A stretch of DNA of 60,153 nt, filler included, from Sphacelaria rigidula (taxonomy: Eukaryota), in the NCBI GenBank assembly GCA_964200075.2. It is 9 parts of 9 records of this genome, joined end to end, with 100 filler letters (N's around TTAATTAATTAA, not from the genome) between each part and the next. Parts side by side here need not be neighbours in the genome. Positions count along the whole stretch, not along the records: positions 46,866 to 53,459 come from CAXNAA020019162.1; positions 53,560 to 60,153 come from CAXNAA020019163.1; 7 more parts are not named here. The stretch is one strand, 5' to 3'. Below are positions 48,650 to 60,153 of this stretch, piece by piece. The notes beneath the pieces were generated by a model. It had not been told where the DNA came from. It searched no databases and worked only from the letters and a program-made list of their open reading frames with translations. Made by a program: the position numbers and the translations under genes. The stretch's first letter is position 1. Every line of letters begins with the position of its first letter.

Positions 48650-49140
48650 ATCGTTCAAGTCCGAGTGACGTCCTTCCACGTGCGCAAGGGTGCGCAGGAA
48701 GGCGGAGCTGAGACCGGAGTCGTCGCTCGGCAAGTTCCCGCTAGGTTCTCTCAATCTATCCCTGGCCACTACTTGTAGATCTGTCTTGACGTACACGTAC
48801 AACACGTGCCTCCCGGAATGCCAGTGGGCATCGAACGAGGCAAACGCGCTAGTGCCACCCCCAGTAGTGCAATCGTACTTGAGCCATTTCCACTGCAAAC
48901 GGAACTGCGTGGCGTAGTGAGCGCCCACTCAGATGAGTTACACGACACAGATCAAAGAATACTCTACGCCTAAAGAGAGAGTCTCGGACGCGTCGGGGAG
49001 AACGCCAACGACTTCGTCGACGGCAGCAGCACTCGACGAAATAAATGGGCGATCGGGGGCGTTGATAGCCGAAAAAGGCAGGAAATTCCAAAAACACATG
49101 TCCGATGGGATGATCCCGCATAAAGGACAAACTCCCGCCC
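48650..49140 (-). pseudogene. USP/C19-like cysteine protease remnant (His-box region)
   Basis: A single frame with two stops: CPLC...GVEYSLICVV*LI*VGAHYATQFRLQWKWLKYDCTTGG...HVLYVY, resembling YxLxxVV...GHY...W..YD...LFY. Confidence 0.55.
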
Positions 49141-49185
49141 TGGGGTAAGAAAAGTCAAGACAAGTACCTCCCAAAAATGAAGCAA

Positions 49186-49298
49186 TCACGGCGGCCTGCA
49201 GAGTTCTACTTTTTCCGTGACGAACTATGAAGATAGCTAAATCAACCACGGCGGCTTGCAGAGTTCTACTATTTCCGTGAGGAACCATGAAGATAGCT
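49186..49298. repeat. 60-bp tandem duplication
   Basis: CACGGCGGCYTGCAGAGTTCTACTWTTCCGTGASGAACYATGAAGATAGCT occurs twice. Confidence 0.9.
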
Positions 49299-50457
49299 GG
49301 GTCACGCAACGCCGCAGATTGCTCGGGCGTTATCGTCCGCAGGCTGTGGTCGTCTACGGAGCAAGTAACGTGGCGCCTTCACGAGATCCCTACAGATTCT
49401 TGCGTAAGCAAAACCAGTTGGAGATTGCTGGCGCGTGTCCGGCCAGTTCGCTGGCACGTCAGGCTTGCGTCTTTGGCAAATGGCTTCGAACGCGCTCGCC
49501 GTGTCGCCTATTTGATCACCGCTTCCGGGTAAACCGCCGTCTGACACGACGAAGTGGCGCGCTTCCGCCAGCTTCACCTGGTCAAGGTTAGTTCGCATTT
49601 GGGAGAGTTAGACGATGAAAGAGAGCTACGTAGCCGAATCAGTCCCAGGGCGGTTGGATTCAGGAAGTGCGATTTAGTGAAAAAAAATCCCGGCCAGTCA
49701 GAAACGAAGGATTCGTCCGGTCGGTCAGAATAGAATCGCAGAATTGCAGAAGGCCATCTGCAGAAGGCCTTTGATCCATCGACTCGTTGGGGCTCGGAGG
49801 GCGTGTCTCAGCAAAACAAAAATCGACCGAAATATTGCGGTCGATTGTTTTTGCCGATCTCATAGGCCCACCGTATTTACGTTCCTTGAAGGCTTCAACT
49901 CAAAATGATAACTAGCGGCGCGCGGAGAAGAATGCAACGAGGTATAAAAAAATCGTTTGAGGTTGAAATCATGCGGTCGAAAGGCACGAAGCGGCACTTG
50001 ACTCCTATCTTACAAATAGGGTTCCACTTGTGATGCCAGGAAGGTTTTTTTTTTATGCTCGTAATAGAGAGTTTCAGAAAACGCTTTTTTTTTCATTTCA
50101 GAGTGCAACTATCTCAGGACCAGAGTGCAGAATCATAGGAAAAACAACTCATTGAAAAGAAGTCAAGGGGATACCACATTTAACGGAGGGGGAAAGAGTT
50201 TTTCGGTACACTCTGATCCTGAGATATTTGCACGCTGAAATGACAAAAAAGGGTTTTCCGAAAATCTCCAATATCACCAAAAATGATGCTCGTAAAGTGT
50301 AATTCATGCTCGATTTATGCTCACATGTTCAAACAAATTATGCCCGGTTTATGCTCGCAACATGGAATTTATGCTCGATTATGCTCGTAATATCCAACAA
50401 GGATGGCATTCTCGACCGGATACAGACCCAACGATCACTATATGCATGTTATATATA

Positions 50458-51131
50458 CAGTGGGGGGCTCTCAGTAGTGGCGGTATGTGGCCACCACGGA
50501 CACCGGCACTACTCTAAAAAGTGCCAAAAGGTGCAATTGAGGGCTCTGAATACCTCAGTAGTGCCGGTTGTGGCACTGCTGACGACTGTCCGTTCGTACA
50601 GTGCTACGCTTGCCCTTCGTGGGACCAACGGAAGCACAAAATGGACGAGGACCTTTGTTTCAAGGGGGTTCGATAGGATCGTCACGTAAGGTTTCGGGGT
50701 AGCAGGACTAAACCCAATGTTTTTGTTTTTCACATTCAGCTTGATTGATCCTGTTCATAGGTTGATCATTTCCTTCCCTACTAGCACAACAGCAGCAGTA
50801 CGGCTACAAAAGTTGCTCATGCCGAAAGACCTTCCCGACAAGAAAAATAAAGACACATCTGCACCCCACGCAACTAAAAAGGTGGGGCATCTGGTGTGGA
50901 AAAAAACTCACGAAAGAGTACACCGCCCACCAAAAGGAGTGAGCGAGAAAGAATGAACCACAACCCTTTTCAATTCCTACCGGCTACCGAGATAAGGAAA
51001 GCAACAGGCAACAGACGACAGCAGTACACAAGTACTACTGTACAGGGCCTATAGTGCTCTGAACAGTTGACAAGTGATGCGATACAGGGCCACTCCCGCT
51101 ACTCGTACTGCCACTTGGATAGCCTGCACAG
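50458..51131. mobile_element. Possible old TA-flanked Tc1/pogo-type MITE
   Basis: TA|CAGTGGGGGGCTCTCAGTAGTGGCGGTA versus degenerate TACTGCCACTTGGATAGCCTGCACAG|TA. Confidence 0.35.
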
Positions 51132-51680
51132 TACACAGACACAGTGTACGGAGAGCGTGATATCTTGTACAACAGCAGTGCAACAACGACAGTATGATAT
51201 GGCGGTATGCTCGATAGCGAGCAGTTGATGCATACTGCATACAGTCCGTGTTGTCAGAGCATCCATACAATCAAGCATGCGCGGTGCTTGGCTGACCAAG
51301 AACACAAGACGATTGTTTGCTCGTCAATATCGAGCAAAGAGTTTATCGCCGCCGGCTTGCGGTCTTCTACCCTACGACAAGATGCTTTCTTTACTGCCCT
51401 GCTGTGGATTGCTGTGAAGTGCGCCTGGCCGCTGTTTCGTGTGCAGCATTTCGATTCGAAATTGGCTTTGTCGTGGGTTGGTTTTGGACACTCATTCGAA
51501 GGGCATATAATGTGATATATCTCCCGTGGGTGTTATATTACTTATATATTTTCCTCTATCTACAGGCAGTCAGCCATGGCTCATTTGTCAAAGCCGTGTC
51601 CACGTTGTCCACGCTGTGTCAGTGTTATTCCTTTTCGATAATATGGAGGGATTAGGGTGCGAGATGTGTAACTTCCAGTA

Positions 51681-52623
51681 CCGTATGTTGCTCTGTGATC
51701 GCACAGGGCGTGAATTTCGCTCAGGGGTCGTGAGAACACACCCCTGTGCGATCAAAAACACGGTTTGAAACGATTTAATTGTTTTTTCGCAATGGGGGCG
51801 TTGTTTTCGCACAGGGGTGTGATCTCAAGGATTAAATGCGTCTCAGCCACCTTCCGGGCGTGAGAACGCGTGCGCGCGGATGGGTCCTAGGGGCGGACAG
51901 CCCGAGTTCCCACGATTCTTGTCTTCATTCCGCTGGTCATTATGGGACTTGTCTGGACTACGCACTGGGGTGTGGCAGTGCAGACACAAAAAACATACGG
52001 AGTGTTTTTTTTTTCAATTTATTCTACTCAAGTTCTCGTCGTGCATCTTGGATGAAACCACCAAAGCCGAAACCTTTCACCAAACGCCACCACCGACGGA
52101 AAGAACGAAGCCCGAAAGCAAACGCGTACTGGCACCGAACGATATTTCTTGCAATCAATCTCGGCTCTCTCTTCGACATTTCGTGTAACGGTATACCGGT
52201 TCCACGACAGCTACCGTAGGCTCGTGCGGTGTGCTTGATGTTGTCGTGCTGTGGCTGTGTGCCCGTGTGTAGTTGCTATGTTCCAGGCATCTTCAGATCT
52301 TGTTCCTACGGCAGTACTGTCGCAGATTGTTCCTTTACACCGGCGAAGATTTACTCAGTATCGCACATGGCGGGGTTATCGCACAGGGTGTGCGTTCAAA
52401 GACCCTTGTGTCAACGAAATTATTTACTCGATATCGCACATGTCGTTGAGATGGCACAGGGGTGTGGGATGGAAAAGTAGTACCAAATGATTTAATTTGA
52501 TTTTTGCACAGGGGGCGTGGTGTTCGCACAGGGGTCGTGAGAACGCACCCCTATGCGGAAAAAAAAGTTCGAAAACATTTAAAAATCGATCGCACCCCTG
52601 TGCGATCACAAAGCAACTTACGG
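51681..52623. mobile_element. Tc1/mariner-pogo-type MITE
   Basis: TA|CCGTATGTTGCTCTGTGATCGCACAGGG...CCCTGTGCGATCACAAAGCAACTTACGG|TA (28-bp TIR, 2 mismatches); many internal GCACAGGG copies. Confidence 0.88.
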
Positions 52624-53559
52624 TAGTTAATGTCATATTCCGAAGGCTTCAATTGTCTAAGACCAAGGCTGGAGATCATCACGGGAAGAGGGGCGAGTAC
52701 TTCCACCATCAACAGCTCGCCTCACGGGCGGTGTGCGGACGTGAAGAAAGCTGCATCGCTTGCGAGTTATGTAACAGCATAGATTGCAAGCGATTTCTAC
52801 TGAAAAAACGTGCCGGATCGGTAGTGCACGACGAAGTTCGTGAAGGATTATGTGCATGCGGGCCCCACCCCGTCTGCACTGGTCTGAACATAAGTGATAC
52901 AGTACAGCACATCATATACTTACTGTGCTTAGAGACTGCGCACCACCCGCATCAGTGACGCCTATAGCTGCACAACGTGCTCGATGCACAGCAGCAACGT
53001 GCAAGGTGATACAGCACACCGCAGAACGTAACATCCTTCGTATATCTCTGCCCTGCAGTGATTTCCACCTGTCTTCCGCAGTTTACCACAACATGTACCC
53101 AACCGCTTCTGCTGCCATTCATGTCTACGGGTAATACCACCTGTCGCAGGTCCAGATTTTTGTAACCCGACCGTCTTGCAGCTGTACTCGACAACAGATT
53201 TCAGTACTGTACGCAGTACACTTTTTTTTAATCTGAACAGAAGTATCTTGTCCATCTTGGTACATTTTCACATATAAAGTTGGGAGTGGGACCGTGGCGT
53301 TGTCGTCAAAATATGGCCGAAGTGGAAGTGAGGAAATCACCGAAATATTCACGACAAACGGCCAAGATCACCCTTTGCGACACAACAGGCACAGAGCTAC
53401 CGGTGTTGATGCGTGGTGTTGGCCGCAGTGCGCCTCGCACGCAAGATCAACACATCGCCNNNNNNNNNNNNNNNNNNNNNNNNNNNNNNNNNNNNNNNNN
53501 NNNTTAATTAATTAANNNNNNNNNNNNNNNNNNNNNNNNNNNNNNNNNNNNNNNNNNNN

Positions 53560-53705
53560 CAGACACGTGGAATGGCGCAAAAGTTGCGTGGTAAATACCC
53601 CTTGGACCAGCGGTCAACTTTTTTCTCCCTTTTGGGCAATCAGGCCGAAGAAATCGTGGATTAGGTGATTCGAACTCGTGATGATTCGTCCTAACCGTGA
53701 AACGT
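53560..53705 (+). mobile_element. Subterminal segment of the Helentron-like family
   Basis: Matches 32036-32172 (CACGTGGAATGGCGCAAAAGTTGCGTGG...GGTGATTCGAA...ATGATTCGTCC). Confidence 0.85.
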
Positions 53706-56700
53706 TTCAACCAAAACTCGACGCGGTGCGAAAGCGTTGGTCCCGTCCGCGATACGATAGTGGAGAGCGTGTAACTTTCCGGGGGAGGTCAAAACTCATT
53801 CCGGGGAAGGGAGAGGTTGGAAGTGTGACGAGAAAAATAAATCCATCTTGTCAAGGTCAATTTACTGTGCCGACAAGTACCACGGTCCGGCGCAAATCAC
53901 GGCGGGTATATGTCGTTCCTAACTTGAGATTTTGGAAATCTATTCTCGCCATTTTGCTCCCAACGATTGGGCGTTGTCAACATGTAGTATCTTGTCATAT
54001 TCTGTGGCTGTAATGGCCGTGTAGGACATTTTCTGGGTTCGAGTTTTGCGCTGTGAAAACCCGAGGACAACCCTGCGTCAAATGGTGTGTCCCCCTACAG
54101 TGCGGTCAAAATCGCTGGTCACACGCAAGTCCGGTGTACCGTCCTATTTTGAGTTAGTTGCACCAATGATTGCCGCCGCGCACTGGTGATGTAACCGGTA
54201 CACCGATGGCTAGTTAGGACAGAAGGTGACGGGCTCGGATCCCGAGCTGTACGGCCTTTGTGAACAGAAAATCTAGTTTCCATCCATTTACACGTGAAGG
54301 CGTGAGCTGCAAAGAAAAATCAACGGGAGTGGACGGGGTGTCGGAGTGTTCATCCGGCCCTCAATAGCAAAATGGCGGGCAGGCACGGCAGGAGAGATGC
54401 AGCGGTTGTGTGAGATAACGACTCGCTCCGAGAAAGGAGAGTGGTTAAACGCATGATTTATAAAGACAAGCAGAGGAAAACCAATGAGCGTGCGCTATCT
54501 CTTCTTCATGCGCTGCTGTACCGTATTGGACTGTCTGTTCAGGAAGCGAACAGTTTCCCCATTGTCCACACGTCAAACTCATTCCCTCCACAATCGATCA
54601 TGCCGGGACTCGAATCGCATATCTTTTGTTCAGGAGGCGAACAGTTTGCCCATTGAGCAAGTGAGCGCTCACTTGTTCAATGGGTAAACTTTTCGCTTCC
54701 TGAACTCTGTCTCCTTGTAGCGCTCGACGAGAATGCCTACCGTGACTATCCTATACTTTTGTGGTTATATCAGTAAACACGTGTCTCTGTTCCCTCCTTC
54801 ACTAATTGCTTTCCCTCTGTTACTTTGGAACAAACTACAAGGTACGGGTGGCTACAAGCACTTGTAAGTTGAGCATGCGTGCTACCATTGCAATCAACAA
54901 GACGACACTTGCTGCCTGCCTGGCAATTCTGTAACTTGAGGTTTAGACAGTAACCGAACTCTGTTGTCTTTATTTTCTGGAATGTCGAGCATAGTGGATC
55001 CAGGTCATAGAATCCGTCATGACAAGTGAATTCCCGAGCAGCTCCCACAGAGCTTTTTTATCACCAACGTTTACTGTGGCACACTACCGGTATTACCGTG
55101 TTTCTCCTACAAAGAGATTACTCGGGCGTATACCTAAACCGACCAATTATGTACACCAGGTGAGCGAAGATCGACATGATGTTCACAGATCGTGGAATAT
55201 ACTAATGGAACCTGACCTAAAAAACGAAAATTCATTATATAATGTCACTGTTTTCGGTTGTTCAGAACTGACTGGTACGCATGCAGCGGCTGCGGCGGCG
55301 GAAGCGTCGCGGAAATTTGCGGCAAAGATGGCCGAGCTCGCGGCCGTAGCTCCGGAACTTTCTGGATTGCTGGAAGAACTAACTGAGGTGAGGCGGCCAC
55401 CCCGTTGCAGAACAAGCCACGACGATGTTGCAGTATGTGCATGACCCTTTCTGCAGGTGCACCCAGATGTATCCTGTGGCCAGCTATCAGGTACAATCCT
55501 TTCCATGCTGATAACGGGTACGTATTGCGAGCTGAAATATATGGCTAGCTACAACACGTGACGTGGAGCCATCTGTGATGCACTGCCAGTTACCGGGTTT
55601 TGCCGTACTGACAGTTACTATGCACAGCACGCCAGGGCATACTCTACGCTAGGACAAGGGAAGCTGTCGAGGAAGGATTTTTTCAGCTTCTCCTGCTGAT
55701 GGCCGCTGTAGTTGCCATGGTGCCCAGGGGTAGACATGGCGTGATCCACTTCCTCGTGTTATGCAGGGGCAAGAATGGGCCAGACTTGACATCACAAGCC
55801 CGTGTACCCGGCCTCGTAAGATCGTGGTCTTTACGGGTAACACAGGCTGTTGTCTGGGGTTCTTAGATCCAACGAAAATGCACAAGGCGGATGCTTTTGG
55901 GAGGGTCCGTTCCTCGTCACTGTCGGAGTGGTCGTTGCCGTGATCCAGGGGTCTTACGGTCACCCGCGCATGTTGTGACATGGGTTTCTGGTACAGTTGC
56001 TTCGGGTACGCCAGTTCCATGGTAACATCAGCCCTGCTCAGCTGGGAGAGGACTCCTCCCTAACCGATGATCCATGGCGAGCCGCCTCTACCAGACTTAG
56101 CTCCCTGGGATGGTTGACGAGCATAAGCTCCTCTGTCATGCTTTCAGGCGTTCTCATCTTGCCCACACACACATACACAAATGTGGTATTCACACTAACC
56201 TCCATGTTATCGCCAGCTATACCTTGTTGTCAAAGAATTTCCAGCTACCCCGTATTGCCAGCCATACCACATTTCCAACGATCGCGTGTTGTCAGCGCTG
56301 CACCATATCGCCAGCTATACTAATATTGCCCGCTATTGTGGAGGCTACCCTCTGAAAAGAGTAAGCTGCCATAAGTGGCTATCGAGGGCTCATGGAAATG
56401 ATGCATTGGTGACTCCAAGAGGTAACTCTGACTGCTTGACGGCCGTGAAATACCTGGTTCAAATCCTGGCGCGCTCACCGCGAATCACGCGTAGTCGCAA
56501 ACGTTTTGAGGGATGAGCAAGAAGAGTTTAAAAAACGACGAATATCCTGCAGAGATTGTTGGTGGGGGCACTCAATACACGCAAGAGATATTGTATATGA
56601 AACAAAGCCGGAAAATATCCTTGCTGTCAGCCTGCGAAAAAGTCACCTCGTCCAAGCCCTTCTCGGAACAAAAAGATACCTCGAGGCTCGTGAGAGAGGG

Positions 56701-57380
56701 AGTGGGGAGGTGGACGTACTCAGGATCTTGCATTCCGTAGTTTCATGACCGTTGACCTTGCATCCCTACGAAGCCGGGACGGAGCATGCGGGGTTTTCGC
56801 TGGATCAGGTTCGCAATCAATCGCCGAGCGCGAAGCGCCGTGATGTAGTCGACGAGTCGCATGAAGGGTGAGCTGCATCCGCTATGATTGTTCGGCCCGA
56901 AGCGTACTAATTGTCTTGTATATGGATGATAGCCTCCAACGAGTTGCTTCATTTTCTGGTGTCGCCACTTCCAGAGACGGCCACGGCTTCCACACAGCCT
57001 TATGGGTCCGCACAAAATGATCTAGCTCGAACACCGCAAAAAAAAACGCAAGCGAAAAAAAATACGATAACCTGGTTGCCTAACTGACGCAGTGAGTGGC
57101 ATTTCTTTACAGCGTCGTTGCCAACCGACGCCAACCCCCAGAAGGTGTGTGGGAGGGTGATACAGAATCGTCTCTTCTATTGCTTTCTTCCACGTACCTC
57201 AAACTAGCCCTCTTCCTCTGGTCGAGTCCTTAGCCTCAACACACATCCCTGTCTCCCCCGGTACATACCTGATAGTTTGGAACTATGAATTAGATCAACA
57301 CTCCCGCCCCGCGCCGACCGTCGTCAGAACAACATTTCACACGTGGGACAGCTCTTGAGCTACCTGAACGTTACTTAATA

Positions 57381-59256
57381 CTTCCTCTGTCCCATAAGTA
57401 AAAGTACCTAAATTTGCACGGGCACTTAACGATGTCCGATCGTTTTTATTTTTTATTTTGATGGACTCCACGGTGCGTTTGGGGCTAAGAAAATGTGTCT
57501 AAAATGTGCAGCTCGTGCTTGAACCATGCCGCCGAACGGCTGCAAAAAGAGTAGTCGGCCCAAAAATGGCCGTTTTTTGCCCCTTTCCGAGGGAAAAAAA
57601 AGTATCGTTTTTTATTTATTTATTGTTATTTAATCGCCCCCGCCTTCACTGGGGCTTGCTGCCAGGAAGCCCTACGCCTTCGCAAAGGCCTCCTGATAAT
57701 ATTTTACCACCCTATCCAATGTCCCCGCCCTCTGGCGCGCCCTAACCCCGGTGTGCTCCACACTAAAGTCGTTAAAATGTCGCCCATCTTACGGAGTGTT
57801 GGGTTGAAAACCTCGAAAAGGCTTTGCCACACCCTTTCTAACGTGTCACCTTCGTACTCCTCGTACCGCTGGAAGATAGTCCCTACCAACTCGTCTACTG
57901 TACTCGCATTCATCCCCCACATCCTTGACTTGAGGGATGCAAAGAAGCCCAAATCATTAATATTAAGATCAGGCGACTGGGAAGGCCGGGTCACAAGCTC
58001 TACCAACCACCCCCGCCCCATCCCTGCCGAAATAAGAATCTCGGGATTGTTTTTCCCAGTGTGCGGGCTCGCGCCGTCCTGCTGCACTACCACGCGCTTC
58101 GAACGCTGCCACGGCATCTTCTTGATCGCAGGCAGAAGTTGGTCGATGTACCACTCCTTGTACCCCTCCGCGTCGATGGTGCAGTCGAACTCGTACTGTT
58201 CCCACCTCTTCCTCCTCTTGGAGGATCGCTCAGCGGTTTTCATGACACAAATGCGCCAGATGCCGATCTTACCGTCGAAGTCGAGGGTCGGGTCCGGCCT
58301 GGAGTTTGCCACTATGACCATGATCTTTGGTAGGTGACTCTTGTGTTGAACGCGGGAAGACCCGGGGATTTCCTCGCCGGGGAAGATTCTGATCTTCTCC
58401 TTGTTCCTCAGAAGAAAATACCAGCTTTCGTCCAAGTGGACGACGTTTTCCTGGTCCAGGTATTCCCCGCTCGTCTCGTCCACCTGATCACAGATGAAGT
58501 CGATTCGGTGCTTCTTCTGGGCTGGGGAAAGGGAAGGTTTGATGCGGCGAGCCACCTTTGCCGCCCTTCTTTCAAAAACCACCGCCTCACGATTTCTGTA
58601 CCGTAATCCAGCCCGATGTCCTTCTACTGATCGGACACCTGCCTGAGGGTAAATGACCGATTCTGCGTGTTGACCTTCCTCAGCCCCGCAACCTTTGTTG
58701 GAGTGAGAAGCGAGGGCCGCCCAGCCCTGTTGATGTTCGAAAGGTCGAGCTCCTGGGTTTCGTCGATCTGGTCTTCGACCCTTTTCCACAGTTTAGATGG
58801 GTACTTCCTTCCAACACCGTAGCGTTCGCAGATCGGATCGAGCACGCTCTTGGGAATTCTTGTCAATTCTGGCTGAACACCCATAGCAATCTCTATGGCC
58901 ATTGTGTCGCGGCGACCCAAGGATAGTTCGGGGCCCTTTCGGCGAATTGGGGGTGTGCAGGGGGGCGAGTCCCTGTCGAGGGTAGGTGGTGGACCTGGTA
59001 GGGTACTAAACTGGGACGTTTTGAGACAAAAATGTCGAATTCTCAAAAACATTCTCGTACTACTTCCAGAATATGGCCAAAATGGGGGTATATTGTGACC
59101 CATTTTAGAATAGAAATATAGCTTCGTTTTTGTTTTTCGACTAGCTTCGTCTGCGCTTTGCCTTTCTAACGAACCCAACCACAACATCGTCGCCAGCACT
59201 GGCATACCTAAACAATGTATCGCCGTTAGGTATCTTTACTTATGGGACAGAAGAAG
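57381..59256 (-). mobile_element. Full-length mariner-like transposon (plant-mariner/DD39D-related)
   Basis: 30-bp TIR CTTCCTCTGTCCCATAAGTAAA..TACCTA (about 3 mismatches), TA TSD, internal transposase. Confidence 0.95.
57704..58955 (-). pseudogene. Mariner transposase (stop/frameshift near 58570-58625)
   Basis: N-terminal HTH region with AGRPSLLT; VHLDESW, VQHKSHLPKIM, FDGKIGIW, QQDGASPH, SPDLNINDLGFF; 40 residues between the 2nd and 3rd Asp. Confidence 0.92.
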
Positions 59257-60153
59257 TATTAGTATGCTGATCCGGATCATGAGCTAGCTCGCTTGGCCCC
59301 CTTTTCCGTATTTGCTCGATATAGCGCTGGGTGCCGAGCACGCGAAGTAGCACAAAGGTAGGGCTTTGGCTTGTCGGATCCCGCTGTCACGCATTTAATG
59401 TTCTTGGTCATCGGTTCCAAGCGTCCTCTTCGACTAGTTAGTTCGGTAGCTCATGAGATGTCCGACGTGTGCAAGTTTTCTACTCACGTCGTCACGTTTG
59501 TCGACGACGGAAGGGCGACTCTTCTCGCCAAAGATGCTCATCTGTCGGGATTCGGACCTTCAACTTCCATGCCCTAACCGGGTTCAGATGTAACCGTCAG
59601 ACCACCCGGGCGCCTGCAAAAGGGGTAAGTTGCCGCAAGTGTCGGTTGAGGGCTGATAACCTTCCCACACCAAGACGTATAGCCAGCTAGAGGGTATTTT
59701 CGGCAAGAGAGCCTTGCCAACTATACAGAATTGCTGGGTAGAAGGTACCGGCACAGCGATCCGGGCGTCCGTAAGCTGTGGATCCACGTTTCCGACGCGT
59801 TCCGTTGTGTGAAAGTCAAGTCTACGATGGGATTACGATAGTCCGTGATGCAACATTAAGGTCCCATTTTTCCTGACGTTGAAGGTTCATCGGCAACCGC
59901 CCCGCTCCGGTGGTGAAACTGCTACGTCAAAGGTTGGTTTTACGTGGATATGATGGAGTTTGAATCCCAGCGGTAAATTGCGTGTTTTCATTGGTGTTCG
60001 TTATTTTGAAAACTTGAGGAGCGGGTACGCGAAATAGGTAAGGCGCACGCTCACAGACAGCGGCAACACCCTGATCTAACACTCCGTAATGTATTATCAG
60101 GCAAACTACCGCTGGGGTAGGGGGGGGGGGGGGGGGGGGGGCGTGGTGTTGTG

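Noticed and set aside
53930..53945. Other AATCTAT/ATAGATT words as element ends (also ~794, 22024, 37819, 52779)
   Set aside because: No adjacent stem-loop.

Overview
This is not one locus. Eight identical 100-bp spacers (N44-TTAATTAATTAA-N44) join nine unrelated contigs of 6595/6594 bp, apparently sorted by length. The DNA is eukaryotic, with GT-AG introns and a high repeat density. A plastid fibrillin-type gene and the transposon types suggest a photosynthetic stramenopile such as a brown alga (inference). Host genes: three 3' exons of a PAP/fibrillin gene and one RFWD3-like RING exon. Most other recognisable sequence is mobile DNA: a full-length decayed chromodomain Ty3/Gypsy element, a second Gypsy fragment, a decayed tyrosine-recombinase (Ngaro/DIRS) retroelement, a plant-mariner-like transposon with Stowaway-like derivatives, piggyBac-, hAT- and pogo-type MITEs, tRNA-derived SINEs and LINE remnants. 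The main find is a Helentron/Helitron2-like rolling-circle family. It has asymmetric terminal inverted repeats, 5' and 3' hairpins, a conserved AATCTA|T end and no target-site duplication. One copy with both termini (28801-32343) splits a 21-bp minisatellite that seems to derive from a SINE tRNA head. Two other putative 3' ends lie just downstream of homologous USP/C19-like cysteine-protease remnants. All assignments come from reading motifs by eye; no database search was run.
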